A DNA stretch of 29,240 nt from a virus (taxonomy: Duplodnaviria; Caudoviricetes), in the IMG/VR virus record IMGVR_UViG_3300038675_000433, positions 1-29,240 of that record. One strand, 5' to 3'. The translations under genes and the position numbers were made by a program. Shown in pieces: positions 24,851-29,240 of the stretch; the stretch's first letter is position 1, and each line of letters opens with the position of its first letter. The notes beneath the pieces are model-generated. The model was not told where the DNA came from. It ran no database searches and saw only the letters and a list, made by a program, of their open reading frames with translations.

Positions 24851-26236
24851 ATGGCAACAATAATAAAAAGAAAGCAAAAGCAAGGCGTGTCCTATAGGAT
24901 ACAAGTCAGATTAAAGAACAAAGGCACCGGCGAATATGAAACAATGTCAACCACATGGCAAAGACCCGAACATATGACCGAAAGAGAGGTAAAAAGAGCC
25001 TTAGAGAAGTTTGCTAATGAGTATGAAGAATCTATAAGGGCTGAATACGAAGTAGGGCTGACAAGACAGAAGGAATTGACGGTAAGCGAATATGCAAAGA
25101 AATGGCTTGGCTTAATAGAAGCGAACAGAGCTCCATCGTACTATGCAAGCGTACGCCCGTTAATTATCGAGGTATGCGAAAGCATAGGTGGATACAAGCT
25201 TAAAGAGTTAAATCCTGCTATCATACAGAAATATATAAACTCACTGAGAACCAAGAAGATAGTCAATGTAATGGGTTTAGCAACAGGATTGAAAGAAGAA
25301 ATGAGCAAGCAAGGCTACTCTCAGGAAAAGCTGGCTAAGGTAAGCGGAGTATCAACCGCTACAATATCGGCAGCAAATGAAGGGCGAAAAATTGAGATTG
25401 ATAATGCAAAAATGCTTGCAAAAACCTTGTGCAAGCCGATAGGCGAATTGTTCCAAGTAATCAAAGACGAAAAGCCTTATGAGAAATCAAGCCTAGCAAA
25501 GCGTTGCAGGACATTAAGAGCAATGCTCTCAATGGCAAAGAAACAGCAGTATGTCGAGCAAAACTACGCTAGGAGCGAGTATATAGACACTATAAGGGAT
25601 GAGAAGAAAGAAAAGAAATTCCTTGACGATAGGCAAGCCAAGCAGCTAATTGAGGGACTTCGAAATCATAGAGATATACGGATAAAGACGGCGCTAATGA
25701 TACTGCTGTTCACTGGTGTAAGAAGGGGCGAACTAAGCGGCTTGGAGTGGGGCGACATAGACCTGGAAGAGCAAACCATAAGTATAAGGCGCTCCTGCTG
25801 TCAGGTAACAGGTATGGGGATTGTGACAGGTGATACCAAGACCCAAAGCTCAAGAAGAACCATAGCGATACCGCAGGCTCTCGTTCAGATACTCAGAGAG
25901 TATAAGGAATGGTGGATTGAATATACAAAATCACTAGGAGATAGATACGATGGTATCCAACGGCTGTTCATACAGGCAGACAGCAAGCAGCTCTACCCAT
26001 CAACAATAGCTTATTGGCTATCAAAAACACTGGATGAACTGGATATAGAGCAGGTAAATGTCCACAGTCTCAGGCACACGAATATTTCGCTGCAGATAGC
26101 TGCGGGAATACCGCTCAAAACCGTATCGGCAAGAGCAGGACACAGCACCACAAAGGTCACAGCGGACATCTACGCTCATATGATACAATCAAGCGACAGA
26201 GCGGCTGCGGACAAACTGGGTGAGATACTGGGGTAA
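24851..26236 (+). CDS. int: Tyrosine recombinase/integrase with an inserted XRE-type HTH
   Basis: TGVRRGEL (R), TKT (K), HSLRH, AGH and DIYAH (Y); HTH at about 25289-25456. Confidence 0.96.
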   Translation: MATIIKRKQKQGVSYRIQVRLKNKGTGEYETMSTTWQRPEHMTEREVKRALEKFANEYEESIRAEYEVGLTRQKELTVSEYAKKWLGLIEANRAPSYYASVRPLIIEVCESIGGYKLKELNPAIIQKYINSLRTKKIVNVMGLATGLKEEMSKQGYSQEKLAKVSGVSTATISAANEGRKIEIDNAKMLAKTLCKPIGELFQVIKDEKPYEKSSLAKRCRTLRAMLSMAKKQQYVEQNYARSEYIDTIRDEKKEKKFLDDRQAKQLIEGLRNHRDIRIKTALMILLFTGVRRGELSGLEWGDIDLEEQTISIRRSCCQVTGMGIVTGDTKTQSSRRTIAIPQALVQILREYKEWWIEYTKSLGDRYDGIQRLFIQADSKQLYPSTIAYWLSKTLDELDIEQVNVHSLRHTNISLQIAAGIPLKTVSARAGHSTTKVTADIYAHMIQSSDRAAADKLGEILG

Positions 26237-26281
26237 TATATATAAGGATATAGAATAGCTGAGTGGCGAGGGTAAAAAAAA

Positions 26282-26346
26282 TGCTATGATACCTCTAAAG
26301 TAGACACTACAAATAAAAGTAGTAAAACTTTGGAGGTATCATAGCA
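26282..26346. mobile_element. 65-bp palindromic MITE-like element (IS3-like TG...CA ends)
   Basis: 20-bp inverted arms TGCTATGATACCTCTAAAGT / ACTTTGGAGGTATCATAGCA; AAA on both flanks; absent from the homologous position in the second unit. Confidence 0.6.
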
Positions 26347-26438
26347 AAAGCTTGTCGCTCTTTTTTAAACAATATTTAATATTGTAAAAATATTTAAAAT
26401 GGTATTGACATTAATTACAAATTATAATAAATTATGAA

Positions 26439-26552
26439 TATGGGGAATTAAATCATACAATTAGCTGCATATAAATGGATTTCTAAAAGAACCAATAGAG
26501 TAAACATTATTCTTAAGTAGAATATCTTACAATAAGATAATTATAGGGGAAA
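26439..26552 (+). repeat. Conserved AT-rich non-coding block, copy 1 (att-arm or leader)
   Basis: Alignable with 27317-27434; 25 bp identical (26513-26537 = 27393-27417). Confidence 0.85.
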
Positions 26553-26637
26553 TGGGGGAAAGAAGTATGATATGGGTATCTACAAAATATATTGCTAACA
26601 TCAACGATCTCATTTTTGAGCAGAGGAGTAAAAGATT

Positions 26638-27010
26638 ATGGGGAGAAAAAAAAACATTATAAAAATGGTAGTAGCAGCGGTAATGTTGCTTGCATTTTTT
26701 GGTCTTAGTAGTTGTAGCAATTCTCATGGCATACCAAATGGCAGTTACGATTTGCATGAAGGTGTTATGCACACAGAAGAATACTACAGTGATTATTATT
26801 GGCGAGTAAAAGGCGACACGGCATATTATTATGCAAGCGGGCAGCTTACTTATAAAGGTAAAATAATAAAAAAGGATGGCAAGTTGTATTTTCAACTCTA
26901 TTCAGTTAGTGGTATTTTTGGTAAAAAAAAGCGGTGATGCCTTTGAATACGAGGTGGAATATGACGAAACAACGAAGAGGTTAACCGTGCACACGACCCA
27001 AGAGCCATAA
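26638..27010 (+). pseudogene. Lipoprotein gene frameshifted at an A8 tract (possibly phase-variable)
   Basis: Lipobox-like FGLSSC. Stops at 26937; removing one A from 26923-26930 continues KKSGDAFEYEVEYDETTKRLTVHTTQEP to TAA 27008-27010. Confidence 0.65.
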
Positions 27011-27072
27011 TTAATTGAGAAAATTCATAAAAAACAAACAAAAAAGGGGGAATCATTATGAATTACCAAACA

Positions 27073-27230
27073 ACACAAATATTCTAGCTGATAGCTGGGG
27101 AGTGCCGCTCAAGACCATATCGGCAAGAACAGGACACAGCACCATAAAGTTCACAGCGGATATTTACGCTCATATGATACAATCAAGCGACAGAGCAGCA
27201 GCGGATAAACTGGGAGAGATATTAGGATAA
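27073..27230 (+). pseudogene. Remnant 3' end of a paralogous integrase
   Basis: 27099-27230 matches int 26105-26236 with 16 differences in 132 nt; degraded homology with indels extends back to about 27073. Confidence 0.92.
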
Positions 27231-27316
27231 TATATATGTGGATAAGAGCGGCCAGAGTAGAAACTTGTTGATATTTTTAAACAATACTGATTTTATAAAT
27301 TATGGTATAAGTTAAT

Positions 27317-27434
27317 TATGGGAAATCTTAAATCTTACATTAGATGCAATATAAATGGTCTCTTAAAGAATAAATCAAGTAAATCTTATTTTTTAAGTAG
27401 AATATCTTACAATAAGAATAATTAAAGGGGGAAA
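27317..27434 (+). repeat. Conserved AT-rich non-coding block, copy 2
   Basis: Matches 26439-26552; contains several AATCTTA/ATCTTAC direct motifs. Confidence 0.85.
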
Positions 27435-27544
27435 AGCAAGATGATTAATTTTAGGGTTATTATAGTAAATGCTATTTAGTCATGGCGGCAATAGCCATAT
27501 AAGTAATTAATATTACATGTAAAAATATAAATGGAGAATTTATT

Positions 27545-28384
27545 ATGACTAAAAAAATAATTTGTTTAGGAGTGATATTGGCTATGATTTTTTCGCTTAT
27601 GGGTTGTATTCAAGGCAATAAACTTAAGGAGTACAAAGCATCAGCTAACACAACGATTGAAACCTATGCTCAAGAAAAGGGTCAGGACAACTATACCGTA
27701 GAGAATTGGGCAATTATAGAAAGGCTTGTCACAGAGGGCAAGGCAGCGGTGGAGATCGCAAAGACCAAGGACGGTGTGGCTGAGGCGGTAGAGACAGCAA
27801 AACAAAAGATTAACGCAGTGCAACAGGAGGGTGAAATGGGATTAAGGCAAGGTTTTTATATCACTGATGATAATTCCGCAACCATTAGGTTGTACGGCGA
27901 TAATATGTTCAGCTTTAAAATCATTTATATTAGCTATCTTTCAACAGGCAGTTATAGCATTGAAAACGAAAAACTCATATTTAACTATACGGATAAAAGC
28001 GAGTTGCTTTTTGAAATAGGTGACGACCAGTTAGTATTCATAGGCGCAAATACCGAAGGAGTGGAGGAAGGACCCTTGGAAGTCGGAACAATATTCAAGT
28101 TTTCAGAAAATGCATTTCAAGAACTACAACAAGGAGTATATGCTACCGATGATGGAATGGCAAGCGTTACATTGGTTGATGACCAATATATTTTTGATAG
28201 ACATAGTGGAACCAATTACCGCCCGACCGGTAATTATACAATTGATAACGGCAAATTGACCCTTTACATTGAGGATAACGCAGCGTTTGTTTTTGATATT
28301 AACGACGGACAACTAGTATTTGTAAGCGGACATTTGGCAGAGTTTTTAGTGGCAGCAGGAACGATTTTCAAGTTAGTAAATTAG
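27545..28384 (+). CDS. Lipoprotein with helical spacer and two repeated beta domains
   Basis: Lipobox SLMGC. Two repeats of QG.Y.TDD..A...L.....F.......TG.Y.I.N.KL.......F.I...QLVF.......GTIFK. Confidence 0.85.
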   Translation: MTKKIICLGVILAMIFSLMGCIQGNKLKEYKASANTTIETYAQEKGQDNYTVENWAIIERLVTEGKAAVEIAKTKDGVAEAVETAKQKINAVQQEGEMGLRQGFYITDDNSATIRLYGDNMFSFKIIYISYLSTGSYSIENEKLIFNYTDKSELLFEIGDDQLVFIGANTEGVEEGPLEVGTIFKFSENAFQELQQGVYATDDGMASVTLVDDQYIFDRHSGTNYRPTGNYTIDNGKLTLYIEDNAAFVFDINDGQLVFVSGHLAEFLVAAGTIFKLVN

Positions 28385-28440
28385 TTAAAAAAATGAATAT
28401 CAAGAAGTTTAAGAAAAAATAAATAAGAGGAGCAATACCC

Positions 28441-29240
28441 ATGAAAACTAAAACAATATTCAATAGAAAGTTACTCGCCTTATCTTTATTGTGTGTAATC
28501 AGTCTTGTTTTTATGCTTTTTGCGATGATAAAACCTGCTACCGTTCAAGCACACGCATATACGCCAACGACGGCACTTTCGCAGATGACAGCAGACGATA
28601 GCATAGATTTTATTGTTCAAAACGACATCGAAGTTCCCGATGGGTGGCTTGATGAACCTAGTTTTGGCGACTTTGTGCAAAGCATAATCCAAGCCATTGA
28701 AACCAACCCGGATATTTCATTCACTTTCAGCTATAACAAAACAGTAGAGTTTGTCGAAAGCGTTAAGGCTTTGGTAAATGAGTATAATGGTTTATCTAAA
28801 AGTAGCGAATCATCTACACAGTCCACGCAGTCACCTACTCAATTGTCAAGCCCTTTACTGTATAATGAAATAGCAGGACCTTGGCAAAGCGATTTTCCTT
28901 ATTATAATTGCTATGCGTATGCAATTGGAGAAACACAATTGCCGCCAGACTATCCCTCATGGCATTATCAACATCAGCCCGGCGATTTTGCAGGAACAGG
29001 AAGTTTTGGTAGCACAACCACAATATTGCAATTAGCTAACGTCGTTAGAGACGATTTAATATGGTTAGGATATTATGTAAGTGTAACACGCAGTCAGCCT
29101 GCTGTTCTTCAAGCAAATCAAACGCTTATCGCCATTAGGAGGGCGTGGTGGGATTATCATTTTATGAGATATAACTCAGAGGACGGATATTGGTACCATA
29201 AACCTGGCGGCACAACAATTTTAAGATACCTTCATCATCC
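28441..29240 (+). CDS. Secreted protein with a papain-like cysteine-hydrolase motif set (3' end outside window; not in ORF track)
   Basis: RBS GAGGAG; open from ATG 28441 to the window end; signal peptide MKTKTIFNRKLLALSLLCV...VQA; YNCYAYAIG, DYHFMR and WYHKPG motifs. Confidence 0.8.
   Translation, partial: MKTKTIFNRKLLALSLLCVISLVFMLFAMIKPATVQAHAYTPTTALSQMTADDSIDFIVQNDIEVPDGWLDEPSFGDFVQSIIQAIETNPDISFTFSYNKTVEFVESVKALVNEYNGLSKSSESSTQSTQSPTQLSSPLLYNEIAGPWQSDFPYYNCYAYAIGETQLPPDYPSWHYQHQPGDFAGTGSFGSTTTILQLANVVRDDLIWLGYYVSVTRSQPAVLQANQTLIAIRRAWWDYHFMRYNSEDGYWYHKPGGTTILRYLHH

Larger units (their letters stand above)
1..26552 (+). mobile_element. Temperate siphovirus-like prophage (left end outside window; right end approximate, near the att-like block after int)
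   Basis: Colinear terminase-portal-protease-capsid-neck-tail-tape measure-holin genes followed by xis-like and tyrosine integrase genes. The right boundary is inferred only. Confidence 0.92.

Noticed and set aside
27015-27230. 71-aa ORF as a genuine gene
   Set aside because: It is a chimera of non-coding sequence and the frameshifted integrase relic; treated as a pseudogene.
26439-27434. CRISPR array or tRNA attachment site
   Set aside because: There are only two long degenerate copies about 880 bp apart, with no repeat-spacer periodicity and no tRNA cloverleaf or T-loop motif.
492-29023. Numerous antisense or alternative-frame ORFs (e.g. 3354-3779, 13217-13684, 14974-15189, 16601-17038, 17711-18115, 18083-18631, 21391-22008, 26527-26895, 28486-28692)
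   Set aside because: They are shadows of well-supported genes, with no RBS or recognisable motifs.

Overview
The window is the right-hand part of a siphovirus-type (HK97-like head) temperate prophage from a low-GC Bacillota/Clostridia-like host. Its left end lies outside the window and almost all genes are on the + strand. Gene order: phage metK (5'-truncated by the window), amidoligase + gamma-glutamylcyclotransferase, an antisense DUF3888-like lipoprotein, a ParB-fused DNA methyltransferase, four small hypothetical genes, large terminase, a Fic moron, a fibre/chaperone-like pair, portal-protease-capsid, neck, tail tube, G/GT chaperones (-1 frameshift), tape measure, distal tail and fibre genes, two holin-like genes (no endolysin seen), an xis-like HTH gene and a tyrosine integrase with an embedded XRE HTH. 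Downstream are two tandem units of [integrase 3' end + conserved non-coding block + unrelated lipoprotein gene], then a secreted papain-like protein. The most unusual elements are (1) an orphan ~280-nt antisense transcription unit in the tail module with two tandem pseudoknot-like motifs, (2) the repeated int-end/lipoprotein units, and (3) one promoter/leader motif shared by the amidoligase operon, the small-gene cassette and the integrase. All family assignments are from motif recognition by eye; no database searches were run.
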